Source: Bacteroidales bacterium
Lineage (GTDB): Bacteria > Bacteroidota > Bacteroidia > Bacteroidales > UBA932
DNA length: 64,000 nucleotides
Reading direction: 5' to 3'
NCBI GenBank assembly: GCA_024401855.1
Contig: JAKSKH010000002.1
Location: 31,589 to 95,588, forward strand
Shown here: positions 9,143 through 19,872 of the stretch, piece after piece
Layout: every line of letters starts with the position of its first letter
Position numbering within the stretch: the first letter of the stretch is position 1
Notes under the pieces: model-generated
What the model was told of the DNA's origin: nothing
Database searches by the model: none
The model's input: the letters and a program-made list of their open reading frames with translations, nothing else
Translations under genes and position numbers: made by a program

Positions 9143-11947
9143 CTATTGCTCCGGTCTCATTACAAGCTCGATGAAGTTTCCGGATTCGATCAGTTCGGTG
9201 GCGGCAGCCTTGACTTTCTCGGGAGTCAGTTCTGCAACAGCCTTTTCGTATTGCTCCACATAATCGTTGATTCCGTACTTTGTGCTCATCTCAATGGCAT
9301 TGGTCCAGAAAGCATTCCTCAATTTGCTTTCAGGGATGTTCTTCTCAAGATTCTTTACGGTCTTGTCGAATTTCTCTGCGTCAGGACCGTTCTCCGCAAC
9401 CCCCTTGAGTCCTTCGACGGCAAGTTCGCGCAGTCTGCCTGACTGCTCTTCGTTGGTCTCGAAAGCCACCTGAAGGAATCTTGTCTCGTACGGAGCATTG
9501 CTGACAACCGCTGATGAGCTGGCTCCGTAGGTTCCGCCTTCCTCTTCCCTGAGGGTCTCGGTATAAATCATATTGAGAATATATGACAGCGCGTCATATG
9601 AAACCTTTGCATCTACAGAGTACGGTTTGTCTGATTTGTAGACATGAACTACGGTAACCTTCGGGGCTTCCATCTTAGTGCGGAAATCGTTAATTTTCTT
9701 TCCGCTTACCATTCCGTCGTTGCAGTATTTCCAGTCGGTGGCTTTCTTTCCTTTGTCAAGTGAGCCGATATATTTCTGCACGAGAGGCAGAATGTCCTCC
9801 TTCTTGAAATCTCCGACGATGACGGCGGTAGCGCCTGCGGCATCCTTGAAGAGCTCCCTGTAAACGCGTTCAAGTGTCTGGAGATTTGCCTTTGCAAGAT
9901 TTTCCTCGTTGATGAGAATGCGGCGTCCGGAGTTATAGACGGTCTTGTAGATTTCTTCCTGAAGCCTGAAATTGGACTGCTTTACAATGTTGGGGAGAAC
10001 TGCCTGAATCTGCTTGATTCCCTGATTGTATTCATCGGCGTCGAAACGGGGGGCGGTGAAATACAGATATGCAAGCTGGAATGCTGTCTCTATGTCCTTT
10101 ACCGTAGAACTTGCACTTACTCCGTGCGTGTATGAAGAAATGAAAGGGGAAGCGTAAACCTGCTTTCCGGCAAGCATCTTGCTTACTGTAGTTGCAGGGA
10201 ATTCACCGATTCCGCTATTGTTTACATAAAGACCCCATACGTTGTCTTCAAATGAGAAGAGGTCCGCATCTGCGATGAGGCTCTTTCCTCCCTTCTTGTA
10301 TATTTCTATGCTGATCTTGTCTTTCTCGCAATCTGTGGGGAGAAGTACGACTTTGACTCCATTCTTGAGAATGATTTCCTCTGAACCGTAAACGGAGGGC
10401 TTTGCAGATTTCACAGCGCTTCCCTTGAGGGTTGCGGGGTCAAGGAAGGCAGTGGGGATTTTTTCTCCTTCCACCTGCTCTATTTCAGCGTTGCTTACCT
10501 TATTGATAACAGCGGCGATCTGCTCTTCTGTAGGGTTCACGAGACCTTCTTTGGCCGGTCCGAAATAAACGGCCACCATATTGTCCGGAGTGATGATGGA
10601 CTGGGCTACCTGGTTTACCATGGCGGTCTGGAGCTGAGGCATTATCATCTGCACAACCTGAAGCTTGGTGGCAGGCTCCATAAATGACTTGTTGTCGAAG
10701 AAGTTATAGATCATGGGATAAATGAACTCGGGGTTCTTGCGTGTCTCAGCCTTGTTGGCTGCACTTTCATAGCGGGATACGAGTTCCGTCTTTGCACGCT
10801 CCACCTCATCCTCGGAGAAACCGAAACGCTTCATCTTCTCGATTTCCGTCATGAGTGCCTCGAATGCTGAAAGGATGTTTTCGTCCTTGTCGGATACGGA
10901 ACCTTCTGCGCAGTCAAGTGTCTCAATCTCATTGGAAATTCCGAAATCTGCGCTGATGAAAGGCGCATCAGGTCTTGCGGCAAGGTCTGAAAGACGTTCG
11001 TTCATCACGTGGCCTATGATTTCCTTGAGAAGATCGGTCATAAGGCCTACGGCTGTGCTGTTGTATGCCTCCGGCTGCGCTTCGCTCTTCCAGAATACGT
11101 TGATGCTTGAACTTGTGGTCTCGGGATCGGTGATGACGCCTATGATGGGCTCGGCGTTGTCCGGAACCTTTATTACGTCTTTCGGTTTGGGATTGACGGG
11201 TGCCGGGATGTCTGCGAATATCTCCTTGATGCTTGCCTCCACCTTGTCCACGTCTATGTCTCCCACGACGAGAAGGGCCTGGTTGTCGGGACGGTACCAT
11301 GTCCGGTAGAAGTTGGTGAGACTCTCATATTTGAAGTTCTCCAGCTGCTCCTGACTTCCTATGAGGGAAACGCTTTCATACGGAGTGCCCTTGAAGAGAT
11401 ATTTCTTGAGTTCCATGTAGTTGCGCCATCCGGCAGTGTTGCGTGAGCGCTTTTCTTCAATTATGACTCCTCTTTCAGCGTCTATTTCCTTGGGATCGCA
11501 AGTGACGAAGTGTGAGTAGTCGTGCATGATGAGGATGCAGGTGTCAACTACGCCGGGACGGGTCAGCGGAATGTTGTTGAGCATATATATTGTCTGCTCT
11601 ATTCCGGTGGAAGCGTTGACGTTCCCTCCGAAGCTGGCTCCAATGCTTTCAAGCCAGTTCAGAATACCTTTCCCCGGGAAGTTCTTTGTTCCGTTGAAGC
11701 ACATGTGCTCCAGAAAATGTGCAAGTCCGTCCTGATCCGGAGCTTCCTGAATGGCTCCGACGTTTGTTGCAAGATAGAATTCTGCACGCTGGGCCGGTTT
11801 GTCGTTATGACGGATGTAATACGTCATTCCGTTGTCGAGTCTGCCGATTTTTGTTGCAGGGTCATTGGGCAGGTTCTGGAGCTGCTGTCCGGAAACTGCA
11901 CCGGCGGCGCAGAACAGCGCCGCAAAAACTAAAACTAACCTTTTCAT
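9143..11947 (-). CDS. M16 family zinc metallopeptidase (PqqL-like)
   Basis: Inverted zinc motif HFLEH, NASTG, ERGVIIEE, LREEEGGTYG; signal peptide. Confidence 0.93.
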   Translation of the reverse strand: MKRLVLVFAALFCAAGAVSGQQLQNLPNDPATKIGRLDNGMTYYIRHNDKPAQRAEFYLATNVGAIQEAPDQDGLAHFLEHMCFNGTKNFPGKGILNWLESIGASFGGNVNASTGIEQTIYMLNNIPLTRPGVVDTCILIMHDYSHFVTCDPKEIDAERGVIIEEKRSRNTAGWRNYMELKKYLFKGTPYESVSLIGSQEQLENFKYESLTNFYRTWYRPDNQALLVVGDIDVDKVEASIKEIFADIPAPVNPKPKDVIKVPDNAEPIIGVITDPETTSSSINVFWKSEAQPEAYNSTAVGLMTDLLKEIIGHVMNERLSDLAARPDAPFISADFGISNEIETLDCAEGSVSDKDENILSAFEALMTEIEKMKRFGFSEDEVERAKTELVSRYESAANKAETRKNPEFIYPMIYNFFDNKSFMEPATKLQVVQMIMPQLQTAMVNQVAQSIITPDNMVAVYFGPAKEGLVNPTEEQIAAVINKVSNAEIEQVEGEKIPTAFLDPATLKGSAVKSAKPSVYGSEEIILKNGVKVVLLPTDCEKDKISIEIYKKGGKSLIADADLFSFEDNVWGLYVNNSGIGEFPATTVSKMLAGKQVYASPFISSYTHGVSASSTVKDIETAFQLAYLYFTAPRFDADEYNQGIKQIQAVLPNIVKQSNFRLQEEIYKTVYNSGRRILINEENLAKANLQTLERVYRELFKDAAGATAVIVGDFKKEDILPLVQKYIGSLDKGKKATDWKYCNDGMVSGKKINDFRTKMEAPKVTVVHVYKSDKPYSVDAKVSYDALSYILNMIYTETLREEEGGTYGASSSAVVSNAPYETRFLQVAFETNEEQSGRLRELAVEGLKGVAENGPDAEKFDKTVKNLEKNIPESKLRNAFWTNAIEMSTKYGINDYVEQYEKAVAELTPEKVKAAATELIESGNFIELVMRPEQ

Positions 11948-12035
11948 ATAAAATGAATCTATTTACAGTATAAGACGCAATGTAGCAATAATTACTACAA
12001 TAATTATACATTTTTAGTATATATTTGCGGCAATT

Positions 12036-12389
12036 ATGTTTGAAGATTTCAGACTGAAGGTTTTTGTGAAGGTGGCGGAACTTGGCAGTTTCACTGCTGC
12101 CGCTCGTGCGCTTGGGGTTAGTCAACCTGCTGTGAGCCAAAATATTGCTGAGCTGGAAAAGACTTTGAACACCACACTTTTCGAGCGGACGAAGGGACAG
12201 GTGATACTGTCCGGACAGGGCAGGCTTATGGAGGACTACGCCAGGCAGATCCTCCACTGGTACTCGGTTGCGGAGGATGCTCTGCGAAACGGACCGTGCA
12301 GTCCTCTTGTCTTGCCCGTCGATGAACTCTCCGATGCGCAGATATGGTCTTCGAACGGTGACCTGCATATTACATTCAAGAAAAAATGA
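12036..12389 (+). CDS. Short LysR-family regulator (HTH plus linker only)
   Basis: FVKVAELGSFTAAARALGVSQPAVSQNIAELEKTLNTTLFER; 117 aa, no effector domain. Confidence 0.85.
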   Translation: MFEDFRLKVFVKVAELGSFTAAARALGVSQPAVSQNIAELEKTLNTTLFERTKGQVILSGQGRLMEDYARQILHWYSVAEDALRNGPCSPLVLPVDELSDAQIWSSNGDLHITFKKK

Positions 12390-13552
12390 ACAGTATTCTT
12401 ATTAAAAACGTCCTGCTCGACGGCCGCAGGACTAACGTTCTCGTTGAAGGAAACAGATTCGCAAATCTCGATGCCCCGGCGGAATGCTGTGCGGAGGAGG
12501 TTTATGATGCAGAGGGCCTGGCCATTGTCCCTGCTCTCTACAACACCCACAATCATGCTGCGATGACCTTGTTGAGAGGCTATGGAGATGACAAGCCTCT
12601 CAAGGTCTGGCTTGAAGAATATGTATGGCCTTATGAAGACAAACTTACGGCTGAGGATATCCAGCGTGGAAGCGCCTTGGCTGTCAAGGAAATGAAAGCT
12701 TCCGGAAGTGTGTTCTTCTCCGATATGTATTTCGATATAGAGGGAACCATAGAAGAAGTCGCAAAATCCGGGATGAGGGCTGCGATAGGCATAACATTCC
12801 TTGATTATCACAGCAAGAGCCAGAGAGATGAGAAACTGGCCCGGATCAAGGAATGGAAAGACCCGACAGGAGGACGTATCCAGCTGGCAGTCTGCCCGCA
12901 TGCCATATATACTGCCGGAGAGGAAACCTTCCGCAAGGCGGTGAGTGCCGCCCGGGAGAACGGGTTGAAGATTCATACTCACCTGAGCGAGACACGTCAG
13001 GAGGTGGAGGACTGTCTCAAGGCTCACGGTACAACTCCCGTCCGATATCTGGACAGTCTCGGCGTTCTCGGCCCCGATGTGATTGCCGCTCATTGTGTCC
13101 ACGTGGATAAGGAGGAGTGGGACATTCTTGCCGAAAGGGGAGTCACTGTAGCTCATTGCCCCTGTTCCAACATGAAGCTCGGCAGCGGTCGTTTCCCGTA
13201 TGAGCTTGCCGTGGCTTCCGGATGCAGAATCACTCTCGGTACTGACGGCCCGTCATCGAACAATAATCTGGATTTGAGAGAGGAGATGAAGTTTGCCGCT
13301 CTTCTGGCAAAGGTTGCAGGCGATCCATCCCTCGTTCCTGCCGCTGAGGTATTCAAATGGGCGACTGTTAACGGGGCCCGGGCTTTCGGCATTGACGGAG
13401 GTGAGATAAAGGTTGGAAAACTTGCCGATGCAATCCTGCTCGACATGAAAAAAGAGAGGTTGCAGCCGTGCCACAACCTCATCTCCAACTGGGTTTATTC
13501 CGCCGACAGCAGTTGCATTTCTGCAACGCTGTGCGACGGCAAATTCATTTAG
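12386..13552 (+). CDS. mtaD: Amidohydrolase, 5'-methylthioadenosine/S-adenosylhomocysteine deaminase-like
   Basis: NTHNH, PHAIYT, HTHLSET, AHCVH, HCPCSNMKL and LGTDG..SNN motifs. Confidence 0.8.
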   Translation: MNSILIKNVLLDGRRTNVLVEGNRFANLDAPAECCAEEVYDAEGLAIVPALYNTHNHAAMTLLRGYGDDKPLKVWLEEYVWPYEDKLTAEDIQRGSALAVKEMKASGSVFFSDMYFDIEGTIEEVAKSGMRAAIGITFLDYHSKSQRDEKLARIKEWKDPTGGRIQLAVCPHAIYTAGEETFRKAVSAARENGLKIHTHLSETRQEVEDCLKAHGTTPVRYLDSLGVLGPDVIAAHCVHVDKEEWDILAERGVTVAHCPCSNMKLGSGRFPYELAVASGCRITLGTDGPSSNNNLDLREEMKFAALLAKVAGDPSLVPAAEVFKWATVNGARAFGIDGGEIKVGKLADAILLDMKKERLQPCHNLISNWVYSADSSCISATLCDGKFI

Positions 13553-16500
13553 TCTGCAAGTTTCTTGTAAGTCTCCAGCCTTATCTTTGCAAACTCCTCT
13601 GTCTTCTGCAGAAGTTCCTCCGCCTTGTCGGGGAAGAGTTTGTAAAGAGATGCGAACCTGACTTCTCCCTTGAGGAAATCCTGGAACTTGGTCCAGTCGG
13701 GTTCCTTGGAGTCGAGTGAGAACGGGTTCTTGCCCTGCTCCGCGAGATCGGGGTTGAAGCGGTACAGATGCCAGTATCCGCAATCTACTGCAAGTTTTTC
13801 CTCTTTCTGGCTGAGTCCCATGCCGGCCTTGAGTCCGTGGTTGATGCAGGGGGCGTATGCAATGATGAGAGAAGGTCCGTCATAGGCTTCCGCCTCTTTT
13901 ATGGCGTTCATATACTGAACCGGACTTGCTCCCATTGCCACCTGTGCAACGTAGACGTATCCGTAGCTCATGGCCATCATTCCGAGGTCCTTCTTGCGGA
14001 TCTTCTTGCCTGATGCTGCGAATTTTGCGATTGCTCCGGCGGGAGTAGCCTTCGATGACTGTCCTCCGGTGTTGGAATACACTTCCGTGTCAAGTACAAG
14101 TATGTTGACGTTCTCTCCGCTGGCGAGCACGTGGTCGAGTCCGCCGTAACCTATATCGTAGCTTGCGCCGTCACCGCCGAATATCCACTGGCTGCGTGCA
14201 GGTATGTACTGCTTGAGTGCCAGAATGGACTTGCAGGTGTCGCATCCGCATTTCTCCATCATGGGAACGAGGGCGTCGCAGACTTCACGGGTGACCGCAT
14301 AGTTGTTGCGGTTGTCGAGCCACTTCTGGAAGAGGGCCTTCATCTCGTCTGAGCAGCACTCGCATTCGAGACCTTTCTGCATGAAGGATGCGACAGTTTC
14401 GCGTATGCGGTCTGAACCGAGGTGCATTCCGAGTCCGAATTCGCAGAAGTCCTCGAATAGAGAGTTCTGCCAGGCGGGGCCGTGTCCGTTCGCGTTCGTG
14501 CAGTAAGGAGATGCGGGGAATGACGCTCCGTATATTGAAGAACAGCCGGTAGCGTTGGAAATCATCATGTGGTCACCGAAAAGCTGGGTGATGTTCTTGA
14601 TGTACGGGGTCTCGCCGCAGCCTGCACATGCTCCGCTGAATTCGAAGAGGGGCTGTGCGAACTGTGCGTTCTTCATGTTTGACTTGGGATCGAAGAGATT
14701 CTTGTATCCAACCTTTGAGTTGAGATAGTCGAAGTTTGCCTGTTCTGCGGCATTGCTTTCGTATGAAACCATTGTAAGGGCCTTGTCCTTGGCAAGACAT
14801 ACGTCAACGCAGTTGCCGCATCCGGTACAGTCGGCCACTGATGTGGCGAGGGCGTATTTGTAACCCTTGAGCGTTGCCTTTCCTTCAGCGAACTTGAGTC
14901 CGGCGGGAACGGCTTCGGCTTCCTCTGATGTGAGTATGAACGGGCGGATGGCTGCGTGAGGGCAGACGAATGCGCAGGTGTTGCACTGGATACATTTCTC
15001 CGCATCCCATACGGGAACCGATACGGCCACACCGCGTTTTTCATAAGCGGCTGTACCTGCCGGCATGGAACCGTCCTGATACGGAAGGAATGCACTTACG
15101 GGGAGGGTGTCTCCGCACTGTGAGTTGACGATGTCTGCAATATCCTTTACGAAAGGAGTTGCAAGACGGTTGGCGTTGGGGTTGGTGAACCTGGCGTTGA
15201 TGTTCTCCCATTCCGCGGGAACCTTCACCTCTATGTATTCACCTCCACGGTCAATGGCCGCATAGTTCATGTTGACGACGTTCTCGCCCTTTTTGCCATA
15301 TGACTTGAGCGCGGCATCCTTCATGTATTTGACGGCCTCCTCTGCGGGGATGATTCCTGAGATGCGGAAGAATGCGCTCTGGAGAATGGTGTTGGTACGT
15401 CCTCCCAGTCCTATCTCAGCCGCAATCTTGGTTGCATTGATGATATAGAGCCTGATATGCTTGCGGCCGATGATGGCCTTGACGTTGTCGGGGATGCGCT
15501 TGAGGGTCTCCTCTTCGTCCCAGAGGGAGTTGAGAAGGAGGCTTCCTCCGTCCTTGATGCCCTTGAGAACGTCATATTTCTCAAGATAGGAAGGAACGTG
15601 GCAGGCGACGAAGTCGGGTGTGTTCACAAGGTAGGGGGCCTTGATGGGCTCGTCCCCGAAACGGAGGTGTGAACAGGTGTATCCGCCGGACTTCTTTGAA
15701 TCATAGTCGAAGTAAGCCTGGCAGTATTTGTCCGTGTGGGTTCCGATGATCTTGATGGAATTCTTGTTGGCTCCCACCGTACCGTCGGAACCGAGTCCGA
15801 AGAACTTGCATTCTGTCGTTCCCTTCTTTACGATGGAAATCTCTCCCTTGGTGGGAAGGCTCTTGAAGGTGACGTCATCGACTATGCCGATCGTGAAGTC
15901 TGACTTGGGAGCCTTGCGCTCAAGATTGTCGAATACCGCGATAATCTGTGCGGGTGTAGTGTCCTTTGATGAAAGACCGTAGCGTCCTCCTACTATGACG
16001 GGAGCGTTCTCCTTTCCCTGGAACAGGCCCTTGATATCGAGGAAGAGGGGCTCTCCGAGGGCTCCGGGCTCCTTGGTGCGGTCGAGGACTGCAATCTTCC
16101 TGACCGTCTTGGGAAGCACCTTGAGGAAGTATTTCTCCGAGAACGGACGGTAGAGGTGAACGGAAACGACACCGTATTTGCGTCCGTGCTCTGAAAGATA
16201 GTCGATTGTTTCCTTGATGGTTTCGGTGACCGAACCCATGGCTACGATGACGCATTCCGCCTTGGAGCTTCCGTAGTATTCGAAAGGACGGTATTTGCGT
16301 CCTGTGAGTTCGCTTATCTCTCCCATGTAGCGTGCCACGATGTCGGGAACAGCCTCATATACCTGGTTGCGTGACTCCACGGCCTGGAAATAGACATCTC
16401 CGTTCTGGGCTGTACCGCGTGTTACAGGCGTTTCGGGTGTAAGAGCGCGCTTGCGGAAATTCTCAAGACCCTTTTCGCTTATCATCTCCTTGAGAGCGCC

Positions 16501-17070
16501 TTCATCTATGGCTTCGATTTTCTGGATTTCGTGCGAAGTGCGGAATCCGTCAAAGAAATGGAGGAAAGGAAGGCTGGCCTTGATGGCTGAAAGGTGAGCG
16601 ACTGCCGCAAGGTCCTGGGCTTCCTGCACCGAACCGGATGCCAGCATGCAGAATCCTGTCTGACGGCAGGCCATTACGTCCTGGTGGTCTCCGAAGATGG
16701 AGAGCGCGTGGGATGCGAGGGCGCGTGCGGAAACGTGGAAGACTGCGGGAAGCAGCTCGCCGGCAATCTTGTACATATTGGGAATCATCAGGAGGAGTCC
16801 CTGTGATGCTGTGAATGTTGTGGTGAGAGCTCCGGCCTGCAGTGATCCGTGGACTGCACCGGCAGCACCGGCTTCACTCTGCATTTCGGTTACCTTGACG
16901 GTTTCTCCCCAGAGGTTCTTTTTTCCGTGGGCCGCCCACTCGTCAACATTCTCCGCCATTGTCGAAGACGGCGTGATAGGGTAGATGGCCGCGTGCTCGC
17001 TGAACAGGTATGCGATATTCGACGCAGCCTGATTACCATCACAGGTGATGAATTTCTTTTCTTTAGCCAT
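13549..17070 (-). CDS. nifJ: Pyruvate:ferredoxin (flavodoxin) oxidoreductase
   Basis: YPITPS, MQSEAGAAG, two CxxCxxCxxxC clusters, FEFSGACAGCGET, GGDG TPP motif, YSNTGGQ. Confidence 0.97.
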   Translation of the reverse strand: MAKEKKFITCDGNQAASNIAYLFSEHAAIYPITPSSTMAENVDEWAAHGKKNLWGETVKVTEMQSEAGAAGAVHGSLQAGALTTTFTASQGLLLMIPNMYKIAGELLPAVFHVSARALASHALSIFGDHQDVMACRQTGFCMLASGSVQEAQDLAAVAHLSAIKASLPFLHFFDGFRTSHEIQKIEAIDEGALKEMISEKGLENFRKRALTPETPVTRGTAQNGDVYFQAVESRNQVYEAVPDIVARYMGEISELTGRKYRPFEYYGSSKAECVIVAMGSVTETIKETIDYLSEHGRKYGVVSVHLYRPFSEKYFLKVLPKTVRKIAVLDRTKEPGALGEPLFLDIKGLFQGKENAPVIVGGRYGLSSKDTTPAQIIAVFDNLERKAPKSDFTIGIVDDVTFKSLPTKGEISIVKKGTTECKFFGLGSDGTVGANKNSIKIIGTHTDKYCQAYFDYDSKKSGGYTCSHLRFGDEPIKAPYLVNTPDFVACHVPSYLEKYDVLKGIKDGGSLLLNSLWDEEETLKRIPDNVKAIIGRKHIRLYIINATKIAAEIGLGGRTNTILQSAFFRISGIIPAEEAVKYMKDAALKSYGKKGENVVNMNYAAIDRGGEYIEVKVPAEWENINARFTNPNANRLATPFVKDIADIVNSQCGDTLPVSAFLPYQDGSMPAGTAAYEKRGVAVSVPVWDAEKCIQCNTCAFVCPHAAIRPFILTSEEAEAVPAGLKFAEGKATLKGYKYALATSVADCTGCGNCVDVCLAKDKALTMVSYESNAAEQANFDYLNSKVGYKNLFDPKSNMKNAQFAQPLFEFSGACAGCGETPYIKNITQLFGDHMMISNATGCSSIYGASFPASPYCTNANGHGPAWQNSLFEDFCEFGLGMHLGSDRIRETVASFMQKGLECECCSDEMKALFQKWLDNRNNYAVTREVCDALVPMMEKCGCDTCKSILALKQYIPARSQWIFGGDGASYDIGYGGLDHVLASGENVNILVLDTEVYSNTGGQSSKATPAGAIAKFAASGKKIRKKDLGMMAMSYGYVYVAQVAMGASPVQYMNAIKEAEAYDGPSLIIAYAPCINHGLKAGMGLSQKEEKLAVDCGYWHLYRFNPDLAEQGKNPFSLDSKEPDWTKFQDFLKGEVRFASLYKLFPDKAEELLQKTEEFAKIRLETYKKLAD

Positions 17071-17154
17071 AGTGTTTGATATTGTTTTTACGATTTAATC
17101 CAAAAATGTTCAATCAAACAAAAATAAGCAAAAATTTAATATATTTGACACATT

Positions 17155-18537
17155 ATGTTGAATTACGACTTAGCAATCATAGGGGCGGGTCCCGGCGGAT
17201 ATGTTGCCGCCGAGCGCGCCGGAGCCGCAGGACTCAAGGTTGTCCTGTTCGAGAAGAAATCTCTTGGTGGTGTATGCCTCAATGAAGGGTGCATCCCTAC
17301 CAAGACTCTCCTTTACGGAGCCAAGGTTTTCAATTATGCAAAGACGGGGGAGCATTACGGCGTCCACGCCGATAATCCTTCATTCGATTATGCCGCATTC
17401 CTGAAGCGCAAGGACAAGGTTGTCAAGAAGCTTACCGGGGGAGTGAGGCTCGCGATGAAGAACAACAGCGTTGAGGTTGTGTATTCCGCCGCCACGATAA
17501 CCGGGAAGAGTTCTGAAGGAATAGGAATAGAGGCCGACGGACAGGATTATATGTGCCGGAACCTGCTGATCTGCACAGGCTCCGAGGCTGTTGTCCCTCC
17601 GATCCCCGGGCTTGAGCAGGCCGGAGATACAATAGTGACTAACAGGGAGATTCTGGCTCTTGAAAACAGACCGGATGAACTGGTGGTCATTGGAGGAGGC
17701 GTTATAGGAATGGAGTTCGCCGCATTCTTCAATGCCCTGGGGACGAAAGTGACGGTAGTTGAGATGCTCCCGAAGATTCTCGGCCCCATGGATGCCGAAA
17801 CCAGCCGCCTGCTTCAGGACGTATATGCCAAACGTGGCGTTGACTTCCGCCTGAACTGCAGGGTTACCGCCATTGAAGGGAATACGGTGGTCTTCGAGGA
17901 TGCGGAAGGCAATGTCAACCGGGTCGGAGGGGACAGGATTCTCGTAAGTGTCGGGCGCCGTGCAAATCTTGACGGCTTCGGTCTTGAAAAACTCGGTGTC
18001 GAACTGGCATTGAACAGATCCGGAAAACCTTGTGGCATCAAGGTGGACGGGCATATGCGTACGAATGTTCCGGGAGTGTATGCCGCCGGTGACGTGACCG
18101 GCTTTTCCATGCTGGCGCACACCGCCAGCCGTGAGGGCGAGGTGGCCGTGAACGATATCCTTGGCATTGAGGACACCATGTCCTACAAGGCCATACCCGG
18201 AGTCGTCTACACCAATCCCGAGGTGGCGGGAGTGGGGCTCACCGAAGAGGAAGCCAGCTGCCGCGGCATTGATTTCAAGGTGCTGAAACTGCCTATGGCA
18301 TATTCCGGCCGCTTCGTTGCCGAGAATGAGGGCGGCACAGGATTGTGCAAGATGATTGTCGGGCCGGGAAATGAGGTTCTAGGGCTCCATATGGCAGGCA
18401 ATCCATGTTCTGAAATCCTTCAGACAGGATGTCTGGCAATAGAAAACAATATGACCGTCAACGAGTTGAAAAAGATTGTCTTCCCTCATCCCACCGTTTC
18501 GGAAATCATCAGGGAGACCGCTTTCCAACTGGATTGA
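17155..18537 (+). CDS. lpdA: Dihydrolipoyl dehydrogenase
   Basis: GAGPGG, GGVCLNEGCIPTK, GGGVIG, HPTVSE. Confidence 0.95.
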   Translation: MLNYDLAIIGAGPGGYVAAERAGAAGLKVVLFEKKSLGGVCLNEGCIPTKTLLYGAKVFNYAKTGEHYGVHADNPSFDYAAFLKRKDKVVKKLTGGVRLAMKNNSVEVVYSAATITGKSSEGIGIEADGQDYMCRNLLICTGSEAVVPPIPGLEQAGDTIVTNREILALENRPDELVVIGGGVIGMEFAAFFNALGTKVTVVEMLPKILGPMDAETSRLLQDVYAKRGVDFRLNCRVTAIEGNTVVFEDAEGNVNRVGGDRILVSVGRRANLDGFGLEKLGVELALNRSGKPCGIKVDGHMRTNVPGVYAAGDVTGFSMLAHTASREGEVAVNDILGIEDTMSYKAIPGVVYTNPEVAGVGLTEEEASCRGIDFKVLKLPMAYSGRFVAENEGGTGLCKMIVGPGNEVLGLHMAGNPCSEILQTGCLAIENNMTVNELKKIVFPHPTVSEIIRETAFQLD

Positions 18538-18553
18538 CGGTCATGCTGGACAG

Positions 18554-19858
18554 CTATTCACCTACATGGAACGCTATCCTCAAATCTTCAATCTGAGCAT
18601 CTGTAATGGGGTTGAGTGTTCCTATGGGCTTGGCCAGAATGAGTGATCTCGCTGCAAAGTCGGCAACCTCAATCCTGTCGAATGCGTTTACAAGAGAATC
18701 GGAGGCCGCCACTATATAGTCGTTTGCAAGCATTGCGCACGGCTTTGACCTGAAGGTTCCGGCGACTTTGTCAGGGTCTGTATACTGGGATCCGAACGGG
18801 AATTTGGGTACGTCCTGCAGGAAAATCCAGCTTTCCGGAATCGTACGCACGTCAAATACCGCATCTGAAGCGCAGAATCCCATAAGAGCCGCACTCTGTG
18901 CGGTGACTATTGCATTTACTCCGGGGTTCAGGCGGTATATTTCCTGATGCAGCGCGAATGATTTGTCCGGAGTCTTTCCGGCCTCGACCTTTCCGTCCCG
19001 TACCTGAATGATGTCTTCCGCGTCGATGTCCCATCTCTGAACGTCTGCAGGCGTTATCAGGAAGTCGTTACCTTCCAGTCTGGCAGATACGGTACCGAAA
19101 GCGCTGTTCATCAGCCCCTGATTGCAGGCTCTGCGCATGAGTTTGCAGATTTCAGTCCGCAGCGACCTCTCTGCGGACGTATGCCTTGCATCGTTGAATT
19201 CCGGGAATGTCACTGCAGTGTTGTTCTCATGTATTTTCAGCTGCTCCGCGCTGAGATAAACCGGATTTCCTATAGTGGAGGCGTTGAGGATAACGCGGGC
19301 GCACAATTCAAGGGTCTCGAATCTTCTATATGCTTCTCCTATGTCCTTTCCGCAAAGAACCACTCCGTGGTTTTCCATTATCACGGCCTTGTATTCCGGG
19401 TTCTTCTCAAATTCGGCTGCAATCTTTTCCCCGAGGCCTTCGCTTCCGGGAACATCATATGCCGCGAAACCGATGGGGCCGCAGATGTCCCTGGCCTGGG
19501 GAATCACGCTTGTGTCCGGTATCTTGTGGACAATGCTGAAGGTCACCAGTCCGGGAGGGTGAGCATGAATGACGGAGTGCATTTCCGGACGCATTCTGTA
19601 CATCGCCTTGTGAAAAGGATATTCTGAAGACGGCCTGTGCGGCCCTTTGATTGTTCCGTCAGCCTTCACGCACATTATGTCGGAGGGCCTGAGTGTACCC
19701 TTGTCTATTCCGGCAGGTGTAATCCACATATCTCCGTTTTCATCCATTATGGAAAGATTTCCTCCGGAAGTCGTGGTCATTCCGTTGCGGTAAATCCGGC
19801 TTATGATCAGAACGAGCTGTTCTGCCGGATGCATCAGTTTTGTATTCAGTTGTTTCAT
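18554..19858 (-). CDS. Class II aldolase/adducin family protein with two tandem domains (fuculose/rhamnulose-phosphate aldolase-like)
   Basis: GGNLS, ITPAG, PSSEYPFH, IHAH and MENHG in domain 1; degenerate second copy (GTVSAR, LITP). Confidence 0.85.
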   Translation of the reverse strand: MKQLNTKLMHPAEQLVLIISRIYRNGMTTTSGGNLSIMDENGDMWITPAGIDKGTLRPSDIMCVKADGTIKGPHRPSSEYPFHKAMYRMRPEMHSVIHAHPPGLVTFSIVHKIPDTSVIPQARDICGPIGFAAYDVPGSEGLGEKIAAEFEKNPEYKAVIMENHGVVLCGKDIGEAYRRFETLELCARVILNASTIGNPVYLSAEQLKIHENNTAVTFPEFNDARHTSAERSLRTEICKLMRRACNQGLMNSAFGTVSARLEGNDFLITPADVQRWDIDAEDIIQVRDGKVEAGKTPDKSFALHQEIYRLNPGVNAIVTAQSAALMGFCASDAVFDVRTIPESWIFLQDVPKFPFGSQYTDPDKVAGTFRSKPCAMLANDYIVAASDSLVNAFDRIEVADFAARSLILAKPIGTLNPITDAQIEDLRIAFHVGE

Positions 19859-19872
19859 ATCTTGAAAGTTGT

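Noticed and set aside
12236-13156. Long antisense ORFs such as this 306-aa frame and 21990-23099 (369 aa)
   Set aside because: They lie entirely opposite well-supported genes and show no recognisable motifs.
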